Source: Cupriavidus necator
GTDB lineage: Bacteria; Pseudomonadota; Gammaproteobacteria; Burkholderiales; Burkholderiaceae
Length of the DNA stretch: 32,000 nt
Direction of reading: 5' to 3'
Assembly (NCBI RefSeq): GCF_016127575.1
Contig: NZ_CP066019.1
Span: forward strand, 2,520,001-2,552,000
This document shows positions 1 through 9,043 of this stretch, in pieces. The translations under genes and the position numbers were made by a program. A model generated the notes under the pieces. The model saw nothing but the letters and a program-made list of their open reading frames with translations, did no database searches and was not told where the DNA came from. Each line of letters opens with the position of its first letter. The stretch's first letter is position 1.

Positions 1-89
1 AGCCGATGCAATCCTGCGGTGCCGTGCCTGTCCAATGTCTCAGGACACGCGGCGCCACAAGCCGCCGGCCCGAACAAATCCATCCGATC

Positions 90-290
90 ATGCAACGCCT
101 GCTTCTCATCCTTGGCTGCCTGCTGATCGCAGCCGCAGCTGCCTGGCCCTGGCTGTCGAAGCTGCCGCTCGGGCGGCTGCCCGGCGATATCCATATCGTC
201 CGGGACGGGTTCAGCTTCTACTTTCCGATCACGACCTGCATCCTGGTGTCGGTGCTGGTGTCGGTCGTGATCTGGATCTTCCGGCGCTGA
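90..290 (+). CDS. small inner-membrane protein, DUF2905-like
   Basis: Lies in ORF 6..290. The internal ATG at 90 gives 66 aa, MQRLLLILGCLLIAAAAAWPWLSKLPLGRLPGDIHI...FYFPITTCILVSVLVSVVIWIFRR. Two hydrophobic helices flank an LPGD motif, as I remember for DUF2905. The 28 codons upstream are Arg/Pro-rich and look non-coding. Confidence 0.6.
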   Translation: MQRLLLILGCLLIAAAAAWPWLSKLPLGRLPGDIHIVRDGFSFYFPITTCILVSVLVSVVIWIFRR

Positions 291-305
291 GCACTGCGTG
301 GCGGA

Positions 306-2255
306 CTAGGCTTGCGCCTCGGTCCGGAACACCGCCACCGCCCGCTGCATATGCAGCGCCTGCTCCTGCAGCGACTGCGCCGCCGCGGCGGCCTCCTCCA
401 CCAGCGCGGCGTTCTGCTGCGTGACCTGGTCCATCTGCGTCACCGCCTGGTTGACCTGGGCGATGCCGCTGCTCTGCTCGCGCGAGGCATGGCTGATCTC
501 ATCCATCATCGCCGTCACGCGGCCGATGGCGGCAACGGTGTTCTCCATGGTCGCGGCAACGTCCAGCGCCAGCGTGTTGCCCGACGCCACGCGCTGCGCC
601 GATTGCGAGATCAGCGTGCGGATCTCCTTGGCCGAGCTGCCGGCGCGCTGCGCCAGCCCGCGCACTTCGGTCGCCACCACCGCAAAGCCGCGGCCGGCCT
701 CGCCCGCGCGCGCGGCCTCCACCGCCGCATTCAGCGCCAGGATATTGGTCTGGAAGGCAATGCCGTCGATCACCGCGATGATGTCGACGATGCGCCGCGA
801 ATCGGCCTCGATCTCCTGCATGGTCTGCTGCATGCGCCCGACCGCGTCGCCGCCGGCGCGCGCCACGTCAGACGCCTCGCGCGCCAGCTCGCTGGCCTGG
901 CCGGCATTGCTGGCGTTCTGCTGCACGGTGGCCGTCAGCTGCTCCATGCTGGCCGCGGTCTGCTCCAGCGACGAGGCCTGCTCCTCGGTGCGCTGCGACA
1001 GGTCGATATTGCCCTGCGCGATATCGCCCGCCGCCGCCAGCACGTTGTGTGCGCCGGCCTTGGTGTCGCCGATCAGCGCGCGCCAGCTGTCCACCAGCGA
1101 CAGCAGGTGCCGCTTGATCTCGCTCAGTTCATCGCGCCCGCGCACCGCGATGCGCAGGGTCAGGTCGCCCGCGTTGATGCGTTCGACCATCTCCGCCACC
1201 TGCCGCACGTCGCCGCGCGTGCCGCGGCTGAAGCCGATGAACAGGTAGAACGCGGCGGCCACGGTCACCAGCGCAATGCCCGCCAGCAACACGAACTGCC
1301 TTTCCTGCGCCGCGACACGCTGTGCCAGCATGGCGCCAGCGACCTCGGCAAACGCCTTGTTGGCGGCCGCCACGCCTTCGATGGCGGCGGTGGCCTCGTC
1401 GAAGTAAGTCTTGGCATCGATGTCGATGCCGGTCGCGCCCAGCATCCGGACCTTGAGCGTGCGATGGAAATTGTCCATCGCGGCGAGTCGCGCCAGCGCG
1501 GCGCCGATGCGCGGCCGGTACGCCGGTGCCGCGTTCCCGACGCGCGCGATGTCGCGCCGCACCGTTTCCAGCCCCTCGTGGATCTGCTCGGCGAGCGCGC
1601 CCAGACCCGCCTGCTGCGCGGCATCGGCATAGCCGCCCTGCGCGATGATGCCGGCCCCGCGGCCGCGCGCCAGCGCGCTCAGTTCGGCCAGGCGCGGCAT
1701 CGGGCCCACCAGCAGGCTGATCAGGTAGTAGGAGCCCGCTTCGCTGTCCAGCGCCAGTTGCGAGCGCTCAGCCACGTCGCCGATAAACGCCTGCGTCTGC
1801 CGCACCAGTGCGCTGTGGCGCTCGAACAGCGGCCCGGCCATGGTGTCCAGGCCAAGCCCGCGCAGATGCTGCCAGTCCTGCTCCAGCTTGCGCGCCCCGG
1901 CCCCGAGTTCGAAAGCAGGATTCTCCGCGATGCTGCGCGTCAGCCCCGCCAGGCTGGCCGCGGCCTTGTTGTCGGCCCCATCGAAGGTGGCGCGAAAGGC
2001 CGCATTGCCCGACAACACCGCATTGGCGGCGCCGCGCCGGACCTGGGTCTCGCGCATGAAGTCGAGCGCATGCCCGACCACGGTGAGCCCCCGCACTTCA
2101 TCGCCGGTGGTGCGGATCGATCGCGCCGCATCGCTCAGCACCACATACATCGTGCCGCATAGCGGCACCAGGAACAGCACGGCGATCAGCGCGAGCTTGC
2201 GGTTGATATTCAGGCGCGCCATCAGGCGCTCGGCGGGAAGGAAAATAGGAGTCAT
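306..2255 (-). CDS. methyl-accepting chemotaxis protein with a helical periplasmic sensor (NIT/PilJ-like?)
   Basis: C-terminal part of ORF 306..2798. The ATG at 2255 gives MTPIFLPAERLMARLNINRKLALIAVLFLVPL, an N-terminal TM helix. A ~280-aa helical sensor region follows, then a second TM, a HAMP region (INAGDLTLRIAVRGRDELSEI) and the conserved MCP signalling hairpin (IAFQTNILALNAAVEAARAGEAGRGFAVVATEVRGLAQRAG). The start could also be the ATG at 2222. Confidence 0.9.
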   Translation of the reverse strand: MTPIFLPAERLMARLNINRKLALIAVLFLVPLCGTMYVVLSDAARSIRTTGDEVRGLTVVGHALDFMRETQVRRGAANAVLSGNAAFRATFDGADNKAAASLAGLTRSIAENPAFELGAGARKLEQDWQHLRGLGLDTMAGPLFERHSALVRQTQAFIGDVAERSQLALDSEAGSYYLISLLVGPMPRLAELSALARGRGAGIIAQGGYADAAQQAGLGALAEQIHEGLETVRRDIARVGNAAPAYRPRIGAALARLAAMDNFHRTLKVRMLGATGIDIDAKTYFDEATAAIEGVAAANKAFAEVAGAMLAQRVAAQERQFVLLAGIALVTVAAAFYLFIGFSRGTRGDVRQVAEMVERINAGDLTLRIAVRGRDELSEIKRHLLSLVDSWRALIGDTKAGAHNVLAAAGDIAQGNIDLSQRTEEQASSLEQTAASMEQLTATVQQNASNAGQASELAREASDVARAGGDAVGRMQQTMQEIEADSRRIVDIIAVIDGIAFQTNILALNAAVEAARAGEAGRGFAVVATEVRGLAQRAGSSAKEIRTLISQSAQRVASGNTLALDVAATMENTVAAIGRVTAMMDEISHASREQSSGIAQVNQAVTQMDQVTQQNAALVEEAAAAAQSLQEQALHMQRAVAVFRTEAQA

Positions 2256-2520
2256 GGCGGTCGCGGAACTTGGCTTGGTTTTCCTCCTATCGGCCTTGAT
2301 TTGCAGGCCTGAAGCACGAATTTCGAAGGTCTTGATGATGCGCAAATCCAGTGCAGAAAACGCGCTGAAGTGGGGCAGAAAGCACGGGTTGCGGGCAGCG
2401 TCGGCACCGCTGCCTGCCCGCGTGCACCGAAGACGTGTGGGGCATCGGGCAAGGGGTGACGGCGGCCTGTCCGGCCTTGTGCCCTTGACGGCGTCGTCTT
2501 CGGCGCCTCCCTGAGCAAGC

Positions 2521-3543
2521 TCATGCGCGACGGGTCCGCTCGCCGCGCTCGCGCCGCCGCGGGCCCGGGCTCCCGACCATACCTGGCGTGGGAATCGCTT
2601 GCCGCATGGCATCGACAAACAACCTGAGCTTCGCCGGATAGAAGCGCGCATAGGGGTAGACCAGGTAGATCGGCAAGGGATCGGCCTGCCACTGCGGCAG
2701 CAGGTGCAGCAGCCTGCCGCTGGCAATGTCATCGGCAAAGATCCAGGCCGAGCCGACGGCAACGCCCAGCCCCAGCCGGGTCGCCGAATGCAGCGCATAG
2801 AGGCTGTCCGTGCTCATGCGCGGCTGGAATGCGATGCCTTGTCGCGCCAGCGTCTGCGTGTTCTGCAGCACGACCTCATTGCGATAGAAGGTGCGCAGCG
2901 CCAGCCATGGCAGGTCCTCCAGGTCTTCCGGCCGGCGTGGCAGCGGCTTACCCTCAAACAGCGACGGTGCGGCAATGACCGCGCGCGGCACGTCTGCGAG
3001 CCGCACCGCCACCACGCCGGGTTCATGCACTTCGCCCACATGGATCGCGCAATCGATGGCCTCGGCGATGAAATCCGGGGTGCGGTCATGCAGCAGCCAT
3101 TCCACCGAGACTTCGGGGCACTGCTGCAGGTAGCCGGCCAGCGGGCCGACCAGCAGCTCCTGCCCGAAAGCGTGCGGCACCACCACGCGCAACGTGCCGG
3201 CCGGCGCATGCCCGACCCCGCGCACGTCGGCCTCGAACATGGTCCAGTCGGCCACCAGTTCCTTGGCACGCTCATAGCAGCGCTCGCCGTCCTCGGTCAG
3301 CTTCATCGCATGCGTGGAGCGCTGCAGCAGGCGCACGCCGAGCAGCCGCTCCAGCGTCTGCAGGCGCCGGCTGACGGTGGGCTGGGTCGTCTGCAGCTGC
3401 GCTGCCGCCATCGAAAGGCTGCCGGCCTCGACGATGCGCACAAAGGTCTGCAACAGCTCGATGCGGTCGGCGCTGGTGGCGCCGCGGGCGGCTGCCCTGC
3501 CCTGCATGGTGGTGGTTCGCTGCGATGCTGGCTGGCGTTTCAT
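2521..3543 (-). CDS. LysR-family transcriptional regulator
   Basis: Lies in ORF 2521..3687. N-terminal wHTH: IELLQTFVRIVEAGSLSMAAAQLQTTQPTVSRRLQTLERLLGVRLLQRSTHAMKLTEDG, followed by a LysR substrate-binding domain. It is divergent from the MFS gene. The start is uncertain, with ATGs at 3549, 3543 and 3507. Confidence 0.85.
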   Translation of the reverse strand: MKRQPASQRTTTMQGRAAARGATSADRIELLQTFVRIVEAGSLSMAAAQLQTTQPTVSRRLQTLERLLGVRLLQRSTHAMKLTEDGERCYERAKELVADWTMFEADVRGVGHAPAGTLRVVVPHAFGQELLVGPLAGYLQQCPEVSVEWLLHDRTPDFIAEAIDCAIHVGEVHEPGVVAVRLADVPRAVIAAPSLFEGKPLPRRPEDLEDLPWLALRTFYRNEVVLQNTQTLARQGIAFQPRMSTDSLYALHSATRLGLGVAVGSAWIFADDIASGRLLHLLPQWQADPLPIYLVYPYARFYPAKLRLFVDAMRQAIPTPGMVGSPGPRRRERGERTRRA

Positions 3544-3649
3544 ACGCATCTCGTATAACCATTGTTCATCCCGCACGTCTACCAGAATCAGCCCGCGTGG
3601 ACAACACTTCGAGCCATCCAAACCTGCCTGCGGATCTCGCAACCTCGAT

Positions 3650-4870
3650 ATGTCCTCTGTTCCCGCCACCCCATCCGCCGCCACCATTGCCAGCCCGCCC
3701 CTGCCGGGACGCCTGGTGCTGCTGCTTGCCGTCGGCGCGGGCCTGTCAGTCGCCTCGCTGTACTACAGCCAGCCCATGCTCGGGGTGATGGCACCCGACC
3801 TGCATGCCTCCGATTCGGCAACCGGCGCCATCCCGACCCTGACGCAGCTCGGCTATGCGCTGGGCATCCTGCTGCTGGCGCCGCTGGGCGACCGCTATGA
3901 CCGCCGCCGCATCATCGTGGCCAAGGCAGTGGCGCTGGTCGGCGCCTTGCTGCTGGCGGGCCTGGCGCCCGGCATTGGCGCCTTGCTGGTATCCAGCCTG
4001 GTGGTGGGCCTGGCCGCCACCATGGCCCAGGACATCGTGCCCGCTGCAGCGGCGCTGGCGCCCGCGGCGCAGCGCGGCAAGGTGGTCGGGACAGTCATGA
4101 CCGGATTGCTGCTGGGCATCCTGCTGTCGCGGGTGGTGAGCGGCTTCGTCGCCGCGCACTTCGGCTGGCGCGCCATGTTCATGATTGCGGCGGCCAGCAT
4201 CGCGGCGGTCGCGCTGGTTGCCCGGCGCCAGTTGCCGCGCTTCACGCCCACCACGGTGCTGCCGTATGGTGCGCTGCTGGCCTCGCTGGCGGCGCTGTGG
4301 CGCGAGCATGGCGCCTTGCGCCGCGCGGCCCTGGCGCAGGGGCTGCTGTCGGTGGGCTTCAGCGCGTTCTGGTCCACGCTGGCAGTGATGCTGCATGGCG
4401 CACCATTCCATCTCGGCAGCGAGGCCGCGGGGGCGTTCGGCCTGGCCGGCGCCGCTGGCGCGCTGGGCGCGCCGCTTGCCGGGCGCCTTGCCGACCGCAG
4501 CGGGCCGGAGCGGGTGACCCGGCTGGGCGCGGCACTGGCGGCGCTGTCGTTTGCCGCCATGCTGCTGACCCCGCTGGTATCGCCGCATGCGCAGTTGTGG
4601 CTGATCGGCGCCAGCGCCATCGGGTTCGACCTCGGTGTCCAGATCGCCCTGGTCGCGCACCAGACCATCGTCTATGGCATCGATCCGGGCGCGCGCAGTC
4701 GCCTGAATGCCGTGCTGTTCGTCTGCATGTTCACCGGCATGGCCGTCGGCGCCGCGCTCGGCAGCCTGGCACTGGCGCGTTTCGGCTGGACCGGCGTGGC
4801 TGCGCTGGCGAGCGCCGCCGCGCTGGCTGCGCTGGCCGTGCGGCTGGCACCGCGGCGTGGCGCGCGCTGA
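3650..4870 (+). CDS. MFS transporter
   Basis: C-terminal 406 aa of ORF 3314..4870, from the ATG at 3650 (MSSVPATPSAATIASPPLPGRLVLLLAVGAGLSVASLYYSQP). About 12 hydrophobic segments. The MFS loop motif LAPLGDRYDRRRIIV sits between TM2 and TM3. Confidence 0.85.
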   Translation: MSSVPATPSAATIASPPLPGRLVLLLAVGAGLSVASLYYSQPMLGVMAPDLHASDSATGAIPTLTQLGYALGILLLAPLGDRYDRRRIIVAKAVALVGALLLAGLAPGIGALLVSSLVVGLAATMAQDIVPAAAALAPAAQRGKVVGTVMTGLLLGILLSRVVSGFVAAHFGWRAMFMIAAASIAAVALVARRQLPRFTPTTVLPYGALLASLAALWREHGALRRAALAQGLLSVGFSAFWSTLAVMLHGAPFHLGSEAAGAFGLAGAAGALGAPLAGRLADRSGPERVTRLGAALAALSFAAMLLTPLVSPHAQLWLIGASAIGFDLGVQIALVAHQTIVYGIDPGARSRLNAVLFVCMFTGMAVGAALGSLALARFGWTGVAALASAAALAALAVRLAPRRGAR

Positions 4871-4921
4871 GGGCAGCCCCGGCCTGGCATGCTGAGCCTT
4901 CGCGCCGAGGCTGCCGGACCT

Positions 4922-6808
4922 CTACGCGACGGGCGCGAGCCCCTCCCCGTCCGTGCCGGCCTCCTCGCCGTCTCCCGGCGCCAGCGGAACCTCCACCGTC
5001 AGCGCCGTACTGCCCGGCGCCGACCGGATCTGCAAGCGCCCGCCGATGGCCGCCGCGCGCACCTGCATGTTGCGCAGCCCGCGCCCGCCGCGCGTGGCCC
5101 CGGTGTCGAAGCCGCGGCCGTTGTCGGCCAGCGTGATCCGGATCACCTGCGCGTCCATGTCCGCGTGGGCGGTCACGGTAAGGGCGGTTGCCCGCGCGTG
5201 CTGCAGCACGTTGGTGATGCCTTCGAGCAGCAGGTATTGCAGCTCCTGCACCTTGCGCGCGGTGAAATGCGCCAGCGCGGGCAGGCGCTCGACCTCCCAG
5301 TGGATGTCGAGCCCCCCATCGGCGATGCGCGGACCCAGGCGGTAGCGCAGGTTGCCCAGCACTGCCGCCAGGTCGCCGCCGGTGTCCTGCATGGCGTCGA
5401 TGGAAAGCTTCAGCGAATCCAGGGCGTGCCGGACCTGCACGGCGATTTCCGGGGAGCTGGCCTTGCCGGATTCCAGCATCGAGATCGTGGTGACAAGCTG
5501 GCTGCCCAGGCCATCGTGCATGTCGCGCAGGATGCGGCCGCGCTCGCGCAGCGCGGTCTCCTCGGCGGCGATCTTCTGCGTGCGCGCGAAGGCCGCGCGC
5601 AGCTGCGCCTCGCGCTGCGCGACGCGCTCGGTCAGCACCTGGTTGGCGTCCTGCAAGCTCTGCACCGCGCTGGTGTAGCGCTCCACCAGCATCCACGCCA
5701 TCACCACGCTGAACGGCACCGACACATAGCGGGTCATGGAATGGACCCAGTAGTAGTCGCCGGTCAGCCAGACCTTGATCCAGTCCGCCAGGAACAGCAG
5801 CGCCGACACGCCCACGGTGGCGGCCAGCAGCGTCGCCTCGCGGCTGGGCCGGCGCAATGCGCCCCATACCATCGCGCCGGCCACGGTCAGGATGATGCCC
5901 ACCTTGACCAGCCAGCTCAGCGGAAAGACCATCGGGTGGCTCGACATCGCGGCCAGCGGCGCGACCACCGGCAGCGCCAGCCACAGGTAGGCGTTGAGGG
6001 TGCGGTGCAGCCAGCGCCACGGCACGCGGATCACCAGCAGGCAGAAGCGGGCGATGGCGCCCAGGAATACCTCGCGCGCGGCGGCGACGATATAGCTGCG
6101 CAGCTCCGCGGGAATCGCCAGGTCATCGACAAAGTAGTCGAGCAGGCGCACGCTCCAGGCGACCTCGGCCAGCCCGTACAGGCCGAACAGCGGGTCGCGC
6201 TGGCGCCACCAGATCAGCAGCGCGAGGCCGCCCAGCACGACACTGAGCACCGCCGCAATCAGCGGGCCGACCACGCGCAGGCGGAAGGCCTGCTCGAACT
6301 GCGCGCGCACTTCAGCGGCCGGACCCACCGTCACCGGCAGCAGGCCCGAGCGCGCATAGGCGCGCGCCGCCACGGTGATGCGCAGCAGGTTGCCGTGCGC
6401 GCGCGCCAGCTCGGGCGGCACGGCCACGTAGTAGGGGCGCTTGGCCAGCGCCGACGAGGGTGCGTCCAGGCGCCCGCCGGCGGCGATCAGCACGCCATTG
6501 ACGCGTACCTCGTAGCTGCCGCCGGCCCATGGCACGAACAGCCCCCCGGGGTCAGCCGCGGGCCAGTTGCGGTCAAAGCGCAGTTCGTAGGCCAGCGTGC
6601 CGGACTTGCCCGGCTGCTCCCGGTCCCAGTAGTCAGGCAGCGTCAGCGGGCGCGCCGGCAGCACCGTGCCGTCGGTCAGCGTGGCCGAGCGCGTGGCCGC
6701 GGCCAGTTCCATCGTGCCCGCGGCTGCCGCCACGCCGGACAGCATCAGGCAGGCCCATGCCAGCAGCACGACAAGCACGATCCGGAGGTGGCGCGGCCGA
6801 TGCAGCAT
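4922..6808 (-). CDS. sensor histidine kinase with periplasmic domain, multi-TM 7TMR-DISM-like receptor module, HisKA_3 and HATPase
   Basis: 628-aa ORF. Signal/TM segment, then a ~160-aa periplasmic beta-looking domain, then about seven hydrophobic helices, then a coiled coil. The NarX/UhpB-type H-box is ILRDMHDGLGSQL. The ATPase domain carries the motifs LLEGITNVLQHA, DNGRGF and GRGLRNM. Its start lies 9 nt downstream of the response-regulator stop. Confidence 0.85.
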   Translation of the reverse strand: MLHRPRHLRIVLVVLLAWACLMLSGVAAAAGTMELAAATRSATLTDGTVLPARPLTLPDYWDREQPGKSGTLAYELRFDRNWPAADPGGLFVPWAGGSYEVRVNGVLIAAGGRLDAPSSALAKRPYYVAVPPELARAHGNLLRITVAARAYARSGLLPVTVGPAAEVRAQFEQAFRLRVVGPLIAAVLSVVLGGLALLIWWRQRDPLFGLYGLAEVAWSVRLLDYFVDDLAIPAELRSYIVAAAREVFLGAIARFCLLVIRVPWRWLHRTLNAYLWLALPVVAPLAAMSSHPMVFPLSWLVKVGIILTVAGAMVWGALRRPSREATLLAATVGVSALLFLADWIKVWLTGDYYWVHSMTRYVSVPFSVVMAWMLVERYTSAVQSLQDANQVLTERVAQREAQLRAAFARTQKIAAEETALRERGRILRDMHDGLGSQLVTTISMLESGKASSPEIAVQVRHALDSLKLSIDAMQDTGGDLAAVLGNLRYRLGPRIADGGLDIHWEVERLPALAHFTARKVQELQYLLLEGITNVLQHARATALTVTAHADMDAQVIRITLADNGRGFDTGATRGGRGLRNMQVRAAAIGGRLQIRSAPGSTALTVEVPLAPGDGEEAGTDGEGLAPVA

Positions 6809-6817
6809 GGGGTGGGG

Positions 6818-7492
6818 TCACAAGGACTTGAGCAGGCCCAGCTTGGCCGCCTCGAACACGGCCTCGCCGCGCGAGCGCACTGCCAGCTTGCCGTAGATGT
6901 TCTTGATGTGCGATTGCACGGTATGCACGCTCAGCCCCAGATAGCGGGCAGTCTCGGCATAGGTATAGCCGCGCGAGATCAGGTCCAGGATCTCGTTCTC
7001 GCGCACCGACAGCACCACGGCGCCGGTGGCCGCGGCATCGCGCGCAACCGCCTCTGCCGGCGCGCCGCGCAGCCGGTTCACCACCTGCCGCGCGATCAGC
7101 GGGCTCATCGGCGAGCCGCCCGCGCGCAGTTCGCCGATGGAGGCGGCGATGCGGTCCGTGGTTTCGTCCTTGAGCAGGTAGCCGATGGCGCCCGCCTCGA
7201 TGCTGGCCAGCACGTGGTGGTCGTCGCCGAACACCGTGACCACCATGCAGTCGCAGGCGGGATAACGTTCGCGCGCGGCGCGGATCACGTCGATGCCGCT
7301 GCCGTCCGGCAGGCCGAGGTCGCACAGCAGCACGTCGGGCTGGTGCTGCGCCAGCCAGGCCAGGGCCTCCGCCGCGCTGGCGGTGCAGCCTGCCACCACG
7401 GTGGCCGGCGCATGCATCTCGACGGCCTGCACCAGGCGGCTCAGCGCCGCCGGGTCATCCTCCACGATCAGGACACTAGTTGTGCTTGCCAT
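6818..7492 (-). CDS. NarL/LuxR-family response regulator
   Basis: C-terminal 224 aa of ORF 6818..8014, from the ATG at 7492 (MASTTSVLIVEDDPAALSRL). Receiver domain with DLGLPDGSG, plus a C-terminal LuxR HTH (LSVRENEILDLISRGYTYAETARYLGLSVHTVQSHIKNIYGKLAV). Confidence 0.9.
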   Translation of the reverse strand: MASTTSVLIVEDDPAALSRLVQAVEMHAPATVVAGCTASAAEALAWLAQHQPDVLLCDLGLPDGSGIDVIRAARERYPACDCMVVTVFGDDHHVLASIEAGAIGYLLKDETTDRIAASIGELRAGGSPMSPLIARQVVNRLRGAPAEAVARDAAATGAVVLSVRENEILDLISRGYTYAETARYLGLSVHTVQSHIKNIYGKLAVRSRGEAVFEAAKLGLLKSL

Positions 7493-7864
7493 GCCTGTCT
7501 CTTCCCGAGCCATGCCGTTGTGCCGCCCGTTGCGCCGGGCACGACGGCGGATTCTGACATATCCGTCCGCACCAAGGACGGCCGCGCGGCCTCCCTCAGG
7601 GTAAACGCCGCCGCCCCCACCCATCGCACAGTCTGCCGCGGTTTCCCATCCCATATTCTGGGGAGGCGCCTGAATCCACCTGCCCCTATGATCCGGCAAA
7701 ACAGCCCAATCAGCCGCAGCCAGCAGTGCGGGCAACAAGACAGGCAAACAAGCGGGAATACGGGGAAGACCACCGTGACACATAAGACAGCCGGCACACC
7801 GGCCGCACGGGAAATCGGGCATGCAAGGGGGGAGCCCGCAGGCGCCATCCCGGCAACGGCCGCG

Positions 7865-8497
7865 GTGCGGCTGGCTGCCGGGATGGCCGCGTGCGGGCTG
7901 GCGGCGTTGCTGGCCGGTTGCCTGGCCACCGCACCGAACACGGCCGGCGTGGCCGCCATGGAGCTGGACGTCAGCCGCAAGGGCCCGGTGTCCGGCGTCG
8001 GCCTGGACGGTCACGACATCGTGGCCATGGCTGACCAGATGATGCGCGACATCCTGGCGCAGCCGCGTTTTGCGCCGGGCAAGGATGGCAAGCGCCCGCG
8101 CATCGCCCTGGACAGCGCCAACTTCATCAACGACAGCTCACAGCCGCTGGACCGGCAACTGATCGTGGACCGGCTGCGGGTCAGCCTGAACCGCGCCGCG
8201 CAATCCCGCATCCAGTTCGTCAGCGCGCAGACTGCCCTGGTCGAACGCGAGCGCCAGGCCAAGCGCAGCGGCGCCACCGATGCCGGCACGCTGGGCCTGA
8301 CCCGCGCGCGCATCGGTGCCGACTACAGCCTGTCCGGGCGCATCGGCTCGCTCGACAGCCGCAGCGCCGCCACCGGCATGGTGCAGCGCTACATGCAGAT
8401 CTCCTTCGAGCTGGTCGAGGTCGAATCGGGCGAGCTGGTCTGGAGCAACATCTATGAATTCCAGCGCGCCGCGGCCGACGATGTGGTCTATCGGTAG
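7865..8497 (+). CDS. LpoB-like (COG3417) outer-membrane lipoprotein
   Basis: Only the 3' end of the 1202-aa ORF 4889..8497 looks coding. An in-frame GTG at 7865 gives a textbook lipoprotein signal, (M)RLAAGMAACGLAALLAGC. Alternative starts are the ATG at 7883 and the GTG at 7775. The mature part (DIVAMADQMMRDIL...RIALDSANFINDSSQPLDRQLIVDRLRVSLN...YSLSGRIGSLD...YMQISFELVEVESGELVWS) matches my memory of the LpoB/YcfM fold family. Confidence 0.7.
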   Translation: MRLAAGMAACGLAALLAGCLATAPNTAGVAAMELDVSRKGPVSGVGLDGHDIVAMADQMMRDILAQPRFAPGKDGKRPRIALDSANFINDSSQPLDRQLIVDRLRVSLNRAAQSRIQFVSAQTALVERERQAKRSGATDAGTLGLTRARIGADYSLSGRIGSLDSRSAATGMVQRYMQISFELVEVESGELVWSNIYEFQRAAADDVVYR

Positions 8498-8969
8498 GCG
8501 CGCCGGCGCGCTGGCGGCCTGCCTGCTGGCGCTGGCTGGCTGCTCCACCACGCCCCCCGCCCATCGCGGCTGCACGCCGTGGCGGCAGCAGCATGAGCGC
8601 CCCGCCCTGCCCGTCTCGTTCCTCTCGCCGGAGCTGGCCGACATGGTCGGCGTGCGCGAGCTTGGCATCGCACGCACCGCCAGCGGGCTTGGCTCCGTCA
8701 GTGCGGGCCTCTACAACTGCGCCGAATTCGACGTCGCGCTGCTGGTACGCACCCGCTTCCGCCCGCAGCAAGGCGGCACCGCCCCCGAGCCGCCCAGCGC
8801 CTGGCGCACGCTGGTGCTGCCGCCGCGCACGCAGCTCGACTACGCCGAGCACGCCGTCATGGCCGGCTCATTGCCGGGTGCGCTCGAAATCCTGGACGCG
8901 CAGCGGGCGCAGCAGCCCTACCGCCCGGGCCAGCTCTACCCCGCGCTGCCCAGGCCAGCACGCCCATGA
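8481..8969 (+). CDS. YcfL-like (DUF1425) lipoprotein
   Basis: Lies in ORF 8316..8969. The ATG at 8481 gives MWSIGRRAGALAACLLALAGC, a lipobox signal. It overlaps the preceding gene by 17 nt. The core LYNCAEFDVALLVRTRFRPQQG...WRTLVLPPRTQL resembles the YcfL pattern. The assignment is tentative. Confidence 0.5.
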   Translation: MWSIGRRAGALAACLLALAGCSTTPPAHRGCTPWRQQHERPALPVSFLSPELADMVGVRELGIARTASGLGSVSAGLYNCAEFDVALLVRTRFRPQQGGTAPEPPSAWRTLVLPPRTQLDYAEHAVMAGSLPGALEILDAQRAQQPYRPGQLYPALPRPARP

Positions 8970-9043
8970 CGATGCGTTATGCCCGGTCCTGCCGGCACCC
9001 CTGACATCCATCCCGTTCTGCAGCCATGACCGGAGCTTGTTCC

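Noticed and set aside
312-2162. 616-aa plus-strand ORF, with nested ORFs at 421..1248 and 1840..2514
   Set aside because: It is antisense to the clearly recognisable chemoreceptor gene. The translation is an Arg/Gly/His/Leu-rich low-complexity string, typical of shadow ORFs in high-GC DNA.
2287-2294. A sigma-28 (FliA)-type promoter upstream of the chemoreceptor gene
   Set aside because: The minus strand reads GCCGATAG, close to the -10 consensus GCCGATAA. At the expected 15-nt spacing the -35 position reads TTCA rather than TAAA, and the element overlaps an AGGAGG-like string. This is too weak to call.
3544-3649. A LysR box in the LysR/MFS divergent region
   Set aside because: Only short imperfect dyads are present (for example AAC-CATT-GTT within TATAACCATTGTTCAT). 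Nothing compares with the perfect palindrome at 14204-14218.
4889-7864. First ~990 codons of the 1202-aa plus-strand ORF 4889..8497
   Set aside because: It is antisense to the histidine kinase and response regulator genes and then crosses an intergenic region. The translation is Arg/Gly/Gln/His-rich with no motifs. Only the last ~210 codons (the LpoB-like lipoprotein) look genuine.
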